Shown here one piece after another: positions 29,958 to 42,100 of a stretch of DNA of 64,000 nucleotides. Under the pieces are notes generated by a model. It did no database searches, was not told where the DNA came from, and was given only the letters and a program-made list of their open reading frames with translations. Both the position numbers and the translations under genes were made by a program. Location: the UHGV virus genome UHGV-0167591; one strand, given 5' to 3'. This DNA comes from a virus. Positions within the stretch are counted from its first letter, which is position 1. Every line of letters starts with the position of its first letter.

Positions 29958-30434
29958 ATGCACATCAAACGATTTTTTCTAATTCTTGCTTTGCTTACTC
30001 CTTTTTCGTCAATGGCAAATGTAAGCAAATGGTCAACCAGCGAGACTCATGGTGTTCGTTCTTATGCTGTTTCCAGCAAAGATAATTATACGCTTACATT
30101 TGAGTGCGATGTTGGATTTAATAATACGGATCCCAATCAAGTAGGAACACGACTACTCACTCTCATGAAAACAGAACCTGGCGGTGAGTCATTTGATGCT
30201 AAAAAAGAACAAATAACGCTGAAAGTTGGTGATGATGAATATCCTATCAGTTCTATCGGTTCCTCTGTGGGTGATAGTTACTGGTATGGTTTCTGGTCAG
30301 ATACCCCTGATATGGAAGTTAAAACATTCGATGCATACGTAGACGGAAAAAAAATCGCAACATTTACGCTACGTAAGGCCGCAGAGCTTTTCAACGCGGC
30401 ACCTAAAGATGGCTGCCTGAAGCGCGCAAAATGA
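29958..30434 (+). CDS. secreted protein of unknown function
   Basis: Signal peptide MHIKRFFLILALLTPFSSMA; about 38 percent G+C by eye. Confidence 0.45.
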   Translation: MHIKRFFLILALLTPFSSMANVSKWSTSETHGVRSYAVSSKDNYTLTFECDVGFNNTDPNQVGTRLLTLMKTEPGGESFDAKKEQITLKVGDDEYPISSIGSSVGDSYWYGFWSDTPDMEVKTFDAYVDGKKIATFTLRKAAELFNAAPKDGCLKRAK

Positions 30435-30436
30435 CC

Positions 30437-30461
30437 TGTCACAAATGACTACTCGTAGAAT
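30437..30461 (+). promoter_or_regulatory. late-promoter-like box
   Basis: tgtcacaaatgactactcgtagaat. Confidence 0.3.
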
Positions 30462-30468
30462 CGGTTAA

Positions 30469-31059
<591 letters not shown>

Positions 31060-31069
31060 GGGGGCTGAT

Positions 31070-31681
31070 ATGGGGCTTTATGTTGCTTCAGTAAAGTCTT
31101 ATGTATCTTCGGCATTAACGACGACATTATTTGGCTCCGGCGTTGGTGAGCGGGAAGTTGGTAAGCTGACGTCAATCATCATGAACAAAATGCTGTTCGC
31201 GCAAGGATGGCAGTTCTCTGTCGAAGTTGATGGTCTGGAGGGGGCAGACTTCTTTGCTAAAGACATTACCTACCACGATTACAGCATCGAATATGAAACG
31301 ATTAAAATCGGCGGAGGGAATATCCTTCAGCCAACGGAGCGTTCGCCTGGGCAGATAACAATGATGGTCAGGGATACCGTTGATGGCCTCGTTTTGGACT
31401 GGTTTAAGACGGCAAAAAGTCGGGTGATCAATCCGGACGGTACCGGGAATATACCGTCTAAATATTTGCTCAATGTGCGTATTTATCGGTTGCTGTCCTC
31501 CGGTTTAACCAAACTGGAAAATGAGATGACGGTATTCCCGGTCACTACCGGCGATGTCACCTATGCGAGGGATCAGGTTACGGAATTTAAGTCATTCCCA
31601 ATGACCTTCGCATTGCACAGCACGTTTAACCAATCCTCAAGTTCTTTAGCTTCCCTTCTGGGCTTTAGTTTTTCGCTTTAA
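31070..31681 (+). CDS. hypothetical tail protein (tube-like, tentative)
   Basis: 203-aa ORF in the tail operon. Confidence 0.35.
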   Translation: MGLYVASVKSYVSSALTTTLFGSGVGEREVGKLTSIIMNKMLFAQGWQFSVEVDGLEGADFFAKDITYHDYSIEYETIKIGGGNILQPTERSPGQITMMVRDTVDGLVLDWFKTAKSRVINPDGTGNIPSKYLLNVRIYRLLSSGLTKLENEMTVFPVTTGDVTYARDQVTEFKSFPMTFALHSTFNQSSSSLASLLGFSFSL

Positions 31682-31695
31682 ATTAAGGAGCAAGG

Positions 31696-32577
31696 ATGCT
31701 TTTACCCCTTTTCCCGCTACCATCGCGGCCAACTGAATTAATCCAGTTCCGTCAGCCAAATATTGCTGATGCGATGCGTTTCAACTCGATAACACCGGAG
31801 GAACAAGAACAGCAGACAACGGCGTATTTAAAAGCCTTGCTGGCTGAACCTGCGAAACATGATCCCCTGACATGGACGGCGCAGGACCGGATTACCGCGT
31901 TATGGTGGATATTTACTGGCTCCCGTGAAACACCGGTCGAGACATTCACCTACACCTGTAAACATTGCGGTAAAGAGCATTATTACGATTGCGATATGAA
32001 TGCTCTGGCTGAAGATATCCAGGTCCTGGAAGTGGAACCGTTCATTGACGATATTGAGGTGTCTGTAGAGGGCGTGCCTTATCAATGGCGTATCGTGCCG
32101 CTTGATGGTTGGGCAATGGAAATGCTGGAGATGCGCCGTGCAGCATTGCCACCTGAAGACGACGCGGAATTCAAAGAAGCGATCGTTGATTTGCGTTTTT
32201 GGGAATTCGCTTATCAGTGTGAACTTTATAACGATGTTAGCGGTACTCGTGAAGAGCAGGCAGAGCGTCGTTATGAAACGATCAAACGGATGGCCATTGA
32301 TACTGAATTTATGAAGCTGGCGGCACACATCCGGCTGGCTCATGAAAAGCTCGAACATGGTTTACCGTGCTACATCGATAAAGGCGAAATGCGTCTTCGT
32401 CTCCCGCCGCACAAATGCCCAAACCAGGATACAAAGGAGTCCACAGAGGGTGCGTATACCCGTCTGTGGGTGCCCTTTCGGGCTACCGACTTCATTCCAC
32501 AGGTGGGGATTGAAAAGCTATCAGACCTTAGTGTCCAACCTGGTTTTGTATGGGGGTATACCGATTCAGGACGCTGA
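31696..32577 (+). CDS. tail assembly chaperone-like protein (tentative), possibly with a frameshift extension
   Basis: 293-aa ORF immediately upstream of sit; an overlapping open frame (32342-32647) runs to 12 nt before sit. Confidence 0.35.
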   Translation: MLLPLFPLPSRPTELIQFRQPNIADAMRFNSITPEEQEQQTTAYLKALLAEPAKHDPLTWTAQDRITALWWIFTGSRETPVETFTYTCKHCGKEHYYDCDMNALAEDIQVLEVEPFIDDIEVSVEGVPYQWRIVPLDGWAMEMLEMRRAALPPEDDAEFKEAIVDLRFWEFAYQCELYNDVSGTREEQAERRYETIKRMAIDTEFMKLAAHIRLAHEKLEHGLPCYIDKGEMRLRLPPHKCPNQDTKESTEGAYTRLWVPFRATDFIPQVGIEKLSDLSVQPGFVWGYTDSGR

Positions 32578-32658
32578 AAGGCTCACTGAATCCTATGCGT
32601 TTTTCCTGTTGGAGAAACTGGAAGAAAAACTTAAACCGAAGCGGTAGGCGATAAGATC

Positions 32659-35600
32659 ATGGAAAGAAAAAACGCCAACATTGACGATGTGATAAGGACG
32701 GTTGAAACCGCCAGCGCAAAAGAGCTGGAAGAGCTTGCAGGTATTCGGGAAGCTGTTGAAGATTTGAAAGGGGGGCGAGTTGCAACTGTTGATCCTGTCT
32801 CTCGCAGTGTGTCGGCATTAAATCGCACAATCGAAAATTCCCAGTCAGACTTTGTGGCCAAAGCGCCATCAGTGGACCCTATTGTTGAGGCAATGAAACG
32901 GCTTAATTTAGGGGACGTTCCTCGTGTAGTTCAGGAGGATGTTGCTCTACAGGAACCGCAGGCCAAATCAACTACGCGAAAGGGTAAAAAACGACGCAGG
33001 AAGGCTATAACAGAAGATGTAAAGGCGCAACGGACCGAAGCAGCCGAACACGCCCGCGAAATGTTCGGTCAAAAAGACGGTACGCAAAAAAGCCAAAACC
33101 AACGCGATGCGCGTGGTCGTTTTATTGGAAAGTCAGGGAGTAAGGCCGCAGCGGAAGATGCCCGTGCTGAACGCGCTGAAAAGGCCAGGCGCAAAGAGGA
33201 TGATGAGCGTCTAAATGCTGAATCAGGTTTATTAAAAAAACTGTCAAAAGTAGCTGAAGGTATAGGTAACCCTTCAGAGACTCGTGCCGTCGATGCTTTA
33301 GGTTATGCCGTTGCTGGCCCATTGTGGGCAGCGGGAAAAGAGCTTGGCGGGATATCAAAAGAAGTTGGCGGATCGCTTAATGGTGCCAGAAAGTCTATTG
33401 CCGATGTGATTCGTGGCAATGACGATAACAGCCGTAAAAAAGGTTTTTTTAGGCGTAAATCGCAAAGTAGTGCCGATGTCGTTCAGGTTAACACCCAAAA
33501 ACGGACGGTTCAGGAACTTCAGGATCAGACCAGCGAAATTAAAGAGGGCAATGACAAGATTCTCAGCGCCCTTGAGCAGATAGCCAAAAACACCGGGAAA
33601 AAGAAGGGCGGCTTGCTGTCCAAATTATTTAGCTTGTTAGGGAAGGGGGCCGGAGGCGTCGCGTCGTTATTAATGGGGCGTGGCATGCTGAAAAAAGCGG
33701 GAGCACTCGCTTTTGGCGCTCTGGGGGCAAAGAGACTCGTAGGAATGCTACGCGGTGGGGGCAAGAAGACTCTCGCCCATGAAGGCGGAGACTTGGCTGC
33801 CCGGGCAGCTGGTAAACTGGGGTTAAAGGCAGTTGGTAAAGGGGCGTTACGCGCAATTCCCCTAGTCGGCACAGTGGCTGGAGGTATTTATGATGCGGTA
33901 ACCGGTTGGAATGATACAGAAGCGCAACGTCGAGCGTTTGGGCTTAAATCAGGACAAGATCCATCATTCCAGCAAAAAGCCGCTTATACGTTAGCCAATG
34001 TTCTCGATATGGGGGGACTGGTATCTGGTATTAGCAGTGCTATTGGTGATGTTCTCAAATCACTTGGATTTGAGGATATCGGCAATATGTTGCAATCATT
34101 TTCGACGGAAAGTATTGCCCAGGCCATTGATAGCGGGGTTACCAACTTAGAAACATATATTTCTAACCTTGGCGACACCATTTCTACCAAGTTCGATGAT
34201 TACACAGCAAAGATTGGTGATGCTGTTTCAGCATGGTTTAGCGATACATCTAATAAGTTGCTTGAAAAGCTGGATGCCATAAAAGACTTCTTTACTGTCG
34301 ATAACCTGAAACAGGTTTTCAGTGATGCAATTGATAGTGCAATTGACTTCATTAAGAACCCAGGGAAACACATTAAAGAGGCGGCTGGTAATATTTGGGA
34401 TGGGGTTAAAAATTTACCCGGTAAAGCATTAGATGCAGCGGTTGATGCCGTTAAAAATACCCCTGCGGCAATGATTGTATCAAAAATACCCAATCCGATC
34501 GGCGAGGCTAATGCAAAAGAAATCACTCCAGAGTTAAAAGCTCCGGTTAATAGCCACCAGGAGACATCTGATTCTAAAACTGAATCCGATGCTAAACAGA
34601 CTAATATTGCTACCCGCGTGATAAATGCGGCACTGAACACGGCGAAAGATAGCAATAAAACAGTTAAAGAAACTGCCAATCAGATTATCAATGCAAATGC
34701 CGTAGAAACGGGCAATAGCGCGGTGCGGAAAATTGATTCAGCTATTGGACAAAATAGCTCGTCATCATCGTCGCGTAATACCACCGGCACCAGGAATGAC
34801 ATTCAGAAAGCTGCTGATACCTACAATAATGGCAACTTAGATGTAAAAGTCGGAAGCCTTGGCGCTGAAGGTAAGGCAAATCTCGATAAGTTAGCTCCGT
34901 ATTTTGCTGAACTAGAGAATAAATATGGTCTTCCTGAAGGCACTCTTTACGCGATTGCTGCAACTGAATCTGGTGGTAATCCGTACGCAAAATCCCAAAC
35001 TGGTGCTCTAGGGATGTTTCAGTTCACGGGCATTGCTCGTGAAGAGACTGGCTTAGCTAAAGGTGAATCGTTTGATCCTGTGAAATCGGCAGAAGCTGCG
35101 GCTCTTCTCATGAGCAAGTATCTGAAGCAAGCCAATGGGGACTTAAACGAGGCCATCACTGCATATAACGCTGGGTTTGGCACTATTAATAAGTGGAAAA
35201 AAGGCACCGGTGACTTATCGAGGGAAAACCGCGAGTATGCGATCAAGGTCAATACGCATCGTGCTCGCTATTTAGGTGGTGAAATCTATACACCTGGGGC
35301 AGGAGCACAGGGTGGGGCGCAATATGGAGTGAGGGGACCACTGCCTGATAACGCCGTTATCGATCAGTCTACTGGCCTGGCGTTTACCCCTGGTGATAGC
35401 CCGTTTGAGAAAGGCGGTTTGGTAGACAAAATCGGCAATGCTGTTGGCGTTAACGATCTGGTCAACAAATTTATGAATGGCCGGGGGATGCGTCGAGAGG
35501 TCGTCCAGGGAACGCTCGAAGAACGCGCACGAGGAAAGGGAACCGCAACGGCAGCTGGCAATGTGTATGTCGATACGCCTATGCCAGTTGAAGAGGCGCG

Positions 35601-36051
35601 TCCGGTTGCCAACAACTCAAGTTACTTTGACCAGATCGGCGCACAAATGGGGATTGATGGACTATTCGATAAACTCCGCAACGCGCCGGGGATGCGGAAA
35701 AGTAATGCGCCTGAACCAGCCTCCACGTCCCAGGTGACGACAGCCGCCAACGATTTGCAGCAACCAACCGGTCGTATGCAGATAGACGGGCAGGTTATTA
35801 GTGACCTTGGCGGTTCTGGTGCCAAGCCGACAATGCAGTTGGCTGATAATACCGTTTCACTTGATGGTGAAACGAAGCGGCTGTTTGCGCAGATGACCTC
35901 ATTGCTTGCCAGGATTGAAGAGCACACCAAAGACTCGGCGAAAGGCCAGGGAACTGTCGTAAAGGTCAGCACGCCTCAGCCGGGCGTTATGCGCACGGTA
36001 CCACTGTCAATTGATGATCCGTTGATGAATGACTACGCGAGAGTTGATTGA
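32659..36051 (+). CDS. sit: tape-measure-like internal protein with lytic transglycosylase domain (P1 Sit-like)
   Basis: 1130 aa; SLT-type motif ESGGNPYAKSQTGALGMFQF; long Gly/Ala/Lys-rich low-complexity stretches. Confidence 0.8.
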   Translation: MERKNANIDDVIRTVETASAKELEELAGIREAVEDLKGGRVATVDPVSRSVSALNRTIENSQSDFVAKAPSVDPIVEAMKRLNLGDVPRVVQEDVALQEPQAKSTTRKGKKRRRKAITEDVKAQRTEAAEHAREMFGQKDGTQKSQNQRDARGRFIGKSGSKAAAEDARAERAEKARRKEDDERLNAESGLLKKLSKVAEGIGNPSETRAVDALGYAVAGPLWAAGKELGGISKEVGGSLNGARKSIADVIRGNDDNSRKKGFFRRKSQSSADVVQVNTQKRTVQELQDQTSEIKEGNDKILSALEQIAKNTGKKKGGLLSKLFSLLGKGAGGVASLLMGRGMLKKAGALAFGALGAKRLVGMLRGGGKKTLAHEGGDLAARAAGKLGLKAVGKGALRAIPLVGTVAGGIYDAVTGWNDTEAQRRAFGLKSGQDPSFQQKAAYTLANVLDMGGLVSGISSAIGDVLKSLGFEDIGNMLQSFSTESIAQAIDSGVTNLETYISNLGDTISTKFDDYTAKIGDAVSAWFSDTSNKLLEKLDAIKDFFTVDNLKQVFSDAIDSAIDFIKNPGKHIKEAAGNIWDGVKNLPGKALDAAVDAVKNTPAAMIVSKIPNPIGEANAKEITPELKAPVNSHQETSDSKTESDAKQTNIATRVINAALNTAKDSNKTVKETANQIINANAVETGNSAVRKIDSAIGQNSSSSSSRNTTGTRNDIQKAADTYNNGNLDVKVGSLGAEGKANLDKLAPYFAELENKYGLPEGTLYAIAATESGGNPYAKSQTGALGMFQFTGIAREETGLAKGESFDPVKSAEAAALLMSKYLKQANGDLNEAITAYNAGFGTINKWKKGTGDLSRENREYAIKVNTHRARYLGGEIYTPGAGAQGGAQYGVRGPLPDNAVIDQSTGLAFTPGDSPFEKGGLVDKIGNAVGVNDLVNKFMNGRGMRREVVQGTLEERARGKGTATAAGNVYVDTPMPVEEARPVANNSSYFDQIGAQMGIDGLFDKLRNAPGMRKSNAPEPASTSQVTTAANDLQQPTGRMQIDGQVISDLGGSGAKPTMQLADNTVSLDGETKRLFAQMTSLLARIEEHTKDSAKGQGTVVKVSTPQPGVMRTVPLSIDDPLMNDYARVD

Positions 36052-36407
36052 TGGCCAACAATAACGAAATTGATCCTTTGCTGACGCTGGAGTTATCCGG
36101 CGTAAAAACGTATGAGTCCCAGGAGGAGGCCTGGGGCGCTCGTTTATATGAGTGGCTAAACACTTATCAGGGTGAGGTATACGGCGATCCGTCATGGGGC
36201 AATGTTTTACCGCAGTTTAAACACGAACCGACCAACTTGTCGCATGTTCAAATTGCGGTTGAGGCAATGCTATTGCAAAAACTGACGGTAGATTTACCCG
36301 ACATACCGATTTCTGGCTTGTCAGTAGCCGAGGGGGATGCTTTTGATAAGTTGAAAATATCCATTCGTATCAGGGATATAACTATCACACAGGACGTGGT
36401 GCTATGA
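36048..36407 (+). CDS. baseplate wedge protein (gp25/GPW-like, tentative)
   Basis: 119 aa, overlaps sit stop and next gene start; position and size fit gpW. Confidence 0.5.
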   Translation: MMANNNEIDPLLTLELSGVKTYESQEEAWGARLYEWLNTYQGEVYGDPSWGNVLPQFKHEPTNLSHVQIAVEAMLLQKLTVDLPDIPISGLSVAEGDAFDKLKISIRIRDITITQDVVL

Positions 36408-37837
36408 GTAAAACAACACCGACTAAAGACAGTATTCGCGCAGAGTTTGAAGAGCTTGTCGAGAAAGATTCATTCTGGTCGAAGTTTGTCGGCTCTCAAT
36501 TTGTCTCGATGCTGACATTGTTTATTACCCAGATTGTATACAGGTGCTTTCAGTATGCCGATGCGGCGCTGGCTGAAGGCTTTATATCGACCGCGACGCG
36601 GCGTTCCTCTATCCTGGCAGCGGCAGAAACGAATAGTTACGTTGGTACCAAGCCAACACCGTCATCGGGGATGGTTGAGATCACAGCCACAAGTGAAGAT
36701 GCCCCAGCGGTAATCCCCAAAAACATGCCTTTAATATCTGACGACCAGTACCCTTACATGACTATGGATGTATGCAGGTTGGTTGACGGCACCGGTACGG
36801 TAGAAGTGGCACAGTTGGAAATCCAGGAGGTGACATATACCGTTACGGCAGCCAAAGAATTTCTGGAAGTCGTGTTATCAAAGGCTCTCACTGCTGTCTG
36901 CTATAAGCTGGAAGTATTCGTGACGACCGATGGTAAGACCACGCAGTGGTCTTCCAGCACTATGTTTCGGTTAGCCGGTAGTAAAAGCCAGGTCTACGTT
37001 GAGTTTTATAAACCATCCGAGCAGTTGGGGGTTCGATTCGGCGATGGGCTAATTGGGCAAATACCGCCAGAAGGCTCGACAATTACACTTAAGGTATGGT
37101 GCACCAACGGCGATATCACCCTGGTTGCTGGCCAAAACCTGACGCCTGTCGATTCTGCGGCTAATTTAGCTAACTCGATTTCAGTTAAGACAACGACACC
37201 TATAACCGCCGGTACCGATGCCGAAACAACGGAGATCACACGTAACCGTGCACAATATTACCTTGCCTATGATGATCAGGTCGTATGGGGCGGGGACTAT
37301 ACGTATTTTCTGGTGCGTAACATCCCTGGCCTGTCTTGGGTAAAAGCATGGGGTGAGGGCCAGCAAGAGAAATTAGATGGTGCTTATAATGTCCAGAATA
37401 TCAATAAGATATTTATTTCAGGGTGGCATCCAAATAAAAGTCAGTCAGAACTTGAAGAAATGATCCTGGCTGCCTTTAAGAAGGTGCCGAATGAGCTGAA
37501 CAAGAAATTCTCTTATAAAGAGGTCAGAAAACTACCATTTAAGATAACAATCACCGGGCGGATATCGGCAAGCCTGACCATTGAAAACGTGACCGATGAA
37601 CTGACGTCGGCGCTGGAAACAAAATTCGGGCGTGACTCAGCTTTCTTTGACCCAAACCGCGTTGGTAAGTACATCCTGATTAAGAAAAAAGACGTTTGGG
37701 CGTATATCGAAACGCTTGGCTATTTCCGTGATTTTTATCTGGAATTTGTCGAGTGGAATGAGTCCAATGGCTTTTATGATTTCGTTTATCTGGATACAGA
37801 AAACTCCACCTTTAATATTTCGTATGAGGAGGAGTGA
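36404..37837 (+). CDS. baseplate J-like protein (tentative)
   Basis: 477 aa, translationally coupled on both sides. Confidence 0.45.
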   Translation: MSKTTPTKDSIRAEFEELVEKDSFWSKFVGSQFVSMLTLFITQIVYRCFQYADAALAEGFISTATRRSSILAAAETNSYVGTKPTPSSGMVEITATSEDAPAVIPKNMPLISDDQYPYMTMDVCRLVDGTGTVEVAQLEIQEVTYTVTAAKEFLEVVLSKALTAVCYKLEVFVTTDGKTTQWSSSTMFRLAGSKSQVYVEFYKPSEQLGVRFGDGLIGQIPPEGSTITLKVWCTNGDITLVAGQNLTPVDSAANLANSISVKTTTPITAGTDAETTEITRNRAQYYLAYDDQVVWGGDYTYFLVRNIPGLSWVKAWGEGQQEKLDGAYNVQNINKIFISGWHPNKSQSELEEMILAAFKKVPNELNKKFSYKEVRKLPFKITITGRISASLTIENVTDELTSALETKFGRDSAFFDPNRVGKYILIKKKDVWAYIETLGYFRDFYLEFVEWNESNGFYDFVYLDTENSTFNISYEEE

Positions 37838-38673
37838 TGCAACGTTCCTGGTTTAATAACCGGCTTACATCAGCTAAGCAAAAGTCATTGCTCTATAAAT
37901 CATTGGCTGATTTGGTTCAGTCAATGATGGACACTTTTGTTGACCCATGGTTGGAGCGAATTACCAACCGGAAGTCTATTTTCTCCATGAGCAAGGAGGA
38001 TCTGGAGACCAGGACAAATGAACTTGGCCAGTTCTTTACTATCAGAACGTCGAATTCGTCTTCCGTGCCAATGCTGTTACAACAGCGGCTTGACGAGATC
38101 CACTTTAAGGGGACTGAACGCCCTATAAACCAGACAATTTACCGCGAATTTAACGGTATTTCTGTTTTATGGGATCCGATATATGCCCCGGTAGACCTTG
38201 AACGTCATCCCTATGGCACGGTCCTGATTCCAGAAAGCACACTGGAGACTACCGGCGGCACATTCGGTGAGATGTTTCTGACTTCCAGAGGAATGATCAG
38301 TATTCCCATAAACGACCTGGCCCGGACAATGGGAATTACCGGCACGATAGATCAGTCCGCAATCACAGAAGAAATTCTCAGAAAGTTTAATCAGTTCGTA
38401 AAGCCTCTACTACCACTGCATATAGTGTTTGATGGGCTTACGCTCTATTTGTCGGTTGTGGTGAATGAACAGGCCGACATGATCACTTTGAACGAGATTT
38501 CTGACACCGAAAAAGCGTACTGCTGGTTTGAAACTTCGGATACAACTTCGCTTACTGGAGTTACGTCGATTAGTGCCCCGATCACCGCAACGCCGGGCGG
38601 CACTATTGTGAAAGCAACGCCTACGTTTGATCGCACTCGTGCAGATGATTTGCTGCTGGATAGCGATGCCTGA
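37834..38673 (+). CDS. baseplate / tail-fibre attachment protein (tentative)
   Basis: 279 aa, coupled to the preceding baseplate gene. Confidence 0.4.
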   Translation: MMQRSWFNNRLTSAKQKSLLYKSLADLVQSMMDTFVDPWLERITNRKSIFSMSKEDLETRTNELGQFFTIRTSNSSSVPMLLQQRLDEIHFKGTERPINQTIYREFNGISVLWDPIYAPVDLERHPYGTVLIPESTLETTGGTFGEMFLTSRGMISIPINDLARTMGITGTIDQSAITEEILRKFNQFVKPLLPLHIVFDGLTLYLSVVVNEQADMITLNEISDTEKAYCWFETSDTTSLTGVTSISAPITATPGGTIVKATPTFDRTRADDLLLDSDA

Positions 38674-38675
38674 CA

Positions 38676-38700
38676 ATCACCCCGTCCGCCGGGCGGGGTG
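38676..38700 (+). terminator. hairpin terminator
   Basis: caccccgtccgccgggcggggtg. Confidence 0.45.
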
Positions 38701-38721
38701 ACAAGTGACTTCTCTTACAAT
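38699..38721 (+). promoter_or_regulatory. late-promoter-like box upstream of the tail-fibre operon
   Basis: tgacaagtgacttctcttacaat. Confidence 0.4.
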
Positions 38722-38751
38722 GAGGCTTCACAACATTGATTAGGGAAAATC

Positions 38752-39186
38752 ATGTCTGACGTCTCAACAAACCTCTATAAGAGTCAGTTGTTGGACTATT
38801 ACTATCAGCGGCGCGCTGAATCGTCCATTAACAAAGGCTCCCGATTTTTAATCAGCAAGGCCGTTTTCGGTACCAGCTCACTGGTTACCAAAAATGAAGA
38901 TGGCACTTATGAGATTGGAGAACTGCCAAAGACTTTCGAGCTGGCAGAACTGACCAGTCAATTTTGCACCATCAACCTCGTCCCTACCTACTCTGGCGGG
39001 ATAATTACTGTCCGAATGGACCTTGATCAAAGCCAGTTGCAGGAAGGGAAAAACTACCCATTCAACACTCTGGTTGTTCTGGATAACGAGAATAAGCCCA
39101 TCGCAATTATTTGTGTTCAGGAAGACTCGCTGTATGTGGGTAAAACATATACCGCAGTTATGGCCATCAACTCGACTATAGCATAA
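38752..39186 (+). CDS. tail-fibre operon protein (P1 gene R position)
   Basis: 144-aa ORF immediately upstream of the tail-fibre gene. Confidence 0.45.
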   Translation: MSDVSTNLYKSQLLDYYYQRRAESSINKGSRFLISKAVFGTSSLVTKNEDGTYEIGELPKTFELAELTSQFCTINLVPTYSGGIITVRMDLDQSQLQEGKNYPFNTLVVLDNENKPIAIICVQEDSLYVGKTYTAVMAINSTIA

Positions 39187-39194
39187 GGATATGC

Positions 39195-42100
39195 TTGATG
39201 AATGACGTTACAGTTGTCACATCAGTTACTTACCCATCGCCCGAGTCACTGGCTCTGGTGGCTGATGTGCAATATCACGAACCATATCTGTCAGCCGCGC
39301 TAAACCGAAAATTCAGGGGAATTGTTGACCCAGGATTTTATGCCGGTTTCCTGCCGAAGCCTGGCGGTGGGATGAACCTGTTAATCACCTCACTGGATGG
39401 TGATAAAACCGCTGGCGCGGCGTCAGTGGATATTGGCGAATTCTATCAGGTAACTATTCAACACCGTAAGGATATCTCCCTTGCACTTAGTGCAGGCAAA
39501 AAATATGCAATTGTGCTGAAGGGAAGATACCTTCTTGGAGAAGACACCTATCAGGTTAATACCGCCTCACATATTCATGCGGCTGAATTTGTCGCCAGAA
39601 CCTATACCGATTCATATCAGTTAGGAGATGGTGAGCTGCTTGTTTGTACGGTGAATATCCCTGCCGGGGTATCTGCCATTACCCAAGAGATGATTGATAC
39701 ATCAGAGCGTATCAACCGCACGATTGGCATTGAAATTTCAGACTCTGTAACCAGCAGCAGAAGCGATGTCGCTGCAAGTTCTCTGGCAGTTAAAAAAGCC
39801 TACGATCTGGCGAAAAGCAAGTATACGGCGCAGGATGCAAGCACAACGCAAAAGGGGTTAGTTCAGCTCAGTAGCGCAACTGACAGCGACAGCGAAATAA
39901 TGGCGGCTACCCCTAAAGCCGTTAAGTCTGTAAAAGATCTGGCTGATACCAAAGCGCCAATAGAAAGCCCGAGTCTGACAGGAACGCCAACTGCGCCGAC
40001 GGCAACGCAAGATACAAACAATACGCAGATCGCAAATACAGCCTTTGTTAAGGCAGCTATAACTGCACTTATCAACGGTGCTCCGGGAACACTGGATACG
40101 TTGAAAGAAATAGCGGCTGCGATCAATAACGACCCGAATTTCAGCACAACTATCAACAATGCCCTGGCTCTCAAAGCGCCTTTGGCAAGCCCTGCATTAA
40201 CGGGAATCCCTACTGCGCCTACCGCTGCACAGGGCACAAATAATACGCAGATCGCTACGACTGCTTACGTACGGGCTGCTATATCTGCATTGGTCGGCTC
40301 ATCACCAGAAGCTCTTGATACCCTGAATGAGCTTGCAGCAGCACTTGGCAATGACCCGAACTTTGCGACAACAATGACCAATGCGCTGGCAGGCAGACAG
40401 CCTCTGGATGCAACTTTAACCGCGCTCGCTGGCCTTGCGACTGGTGCAAACAAACTGCCTTATTTCACCGGTAAGGATATGGTAGCTCAGACTGATTTAA
40501 CGTCAGTTGGTCGCGATATTCTTGCTAAAACAAGTGTCCTTGCTGTTATCCAATACCTTGGTTTAAGAGAACTCGGCACCAGCGGCGAAAAGATCCCCCT
40601 GTTGAGCACGGCTAACACATGGAGTGCACGCCAGACTTTCAACGGTGGGATCACCGGTGCGCTGACAGGGAACGCCGATACCGCAACGAAATTAAAAACA
40701 GCGCGGAAGATTAACAACGTTTCATTTGACGGTTCGGCGGACATAACGCTGACTCCTGCGAACCTTGACGTTACCAGCCTGACGTTTATGAAGCACAATG
40801 GAATAATCCCAACCACTGACAATCTTGAATCCTATGGTCCAGAAGAAAAATATCTTGGGACGTGGTCATGCCCGTCACAATCCACTGCAAAACCAGAGTC
40901 TGGTTACCCTGAAGATAAAGGAAATGGGGTTCTGGAAGTATTCAATGCTGGTCGCTTTCACTGCACACAACGCTACACCACCCGAACCGGTAATATTTAC
41001 ATTCGGATGCTTGATGCAGAATGGAACCCAGCCAGTCCAACATGGAGTGCATGGAGAGTTATTACAAGCGGGACTCGACCATTAAGCACGTCAATTGACC
41101 TGAATTCTTTAGGTGGCGCGGAACACCTGGGAATATGGCGCAATAGCAGTACATCAATAGCCTCATTTGAACGTCATTTCCCGGAGGAAGGGAGTTTTGG
41201 GCAGGGTGTTCTGGAAGTCTTTGAAGGCGGTCTGTACGGGATAATGCAACGCTATACGACCCGCCGTGGGAATGTATATGTTCGCTGCCTTTCTGCTACA
41301 TGGAATGCAGAGAACCCACAGTGGGAGCCGTGGTCAAGAGTAGGCCATCAGTCAGAGTGTCGTTATTACGAAGGGGATTTAAATGTTCTAACCGACCCCG
41401 GTATTTACAGTGTTACAGGAAAGGCAACAAACGGTCCGATGCTGGACACCGTTGGCGCGACACTACTTGGGATACTGGAAGTAATCAGACGTTTTGATGG
41501 TGTGTCTGTCTGGCAGCGTTACACAACTACAGGGAAATCAGAAACTACACAGGGACGCACTTTTGAGCGCGTCTACGCCGGGAGCAAATGGACCGAATGG
41601 CGAGAAGTATATAACTCCTTTTCGTTGCCTCTGAATCTGGGCATCGGTGGCGCAGTGGCAAAACTATCCAGTCTGGACTGGCAGACCTACGATTTTGTGC
41701 CGGGCAGTCTGATAACCGTGCGGCTTGATAACATGACCAACATTCCCGACGGTATGGACTGGGGCGTCATTGATGGCAACCTGATAAACATCGCAGTTGG
41801 TCCGAGTGATGATTCCGGTGCGGGGCGCTCAATGCATGTATGGCGCAGCACTGTAAGTAAAGCGAACTACCGCTTTTTTATGGTGCGTATTTCAGGAAAT
41901 CCGGGCAGCAGAACGATCACGACAAGACGAGTGCCAATTATCGACGAAGCCCAGACATGGGCAGCGAAGCAAACCTTCAGTGCTGGCCTTTCTGGTGAGC
42001 TGTCCGGCAATGCGGCTACAGCTACAAAGCTGAAAACCGCACGAAATATTAATGGTGTCAAATTTGATGGTTCCAGCGATATAAATATTAATACGCTGGT

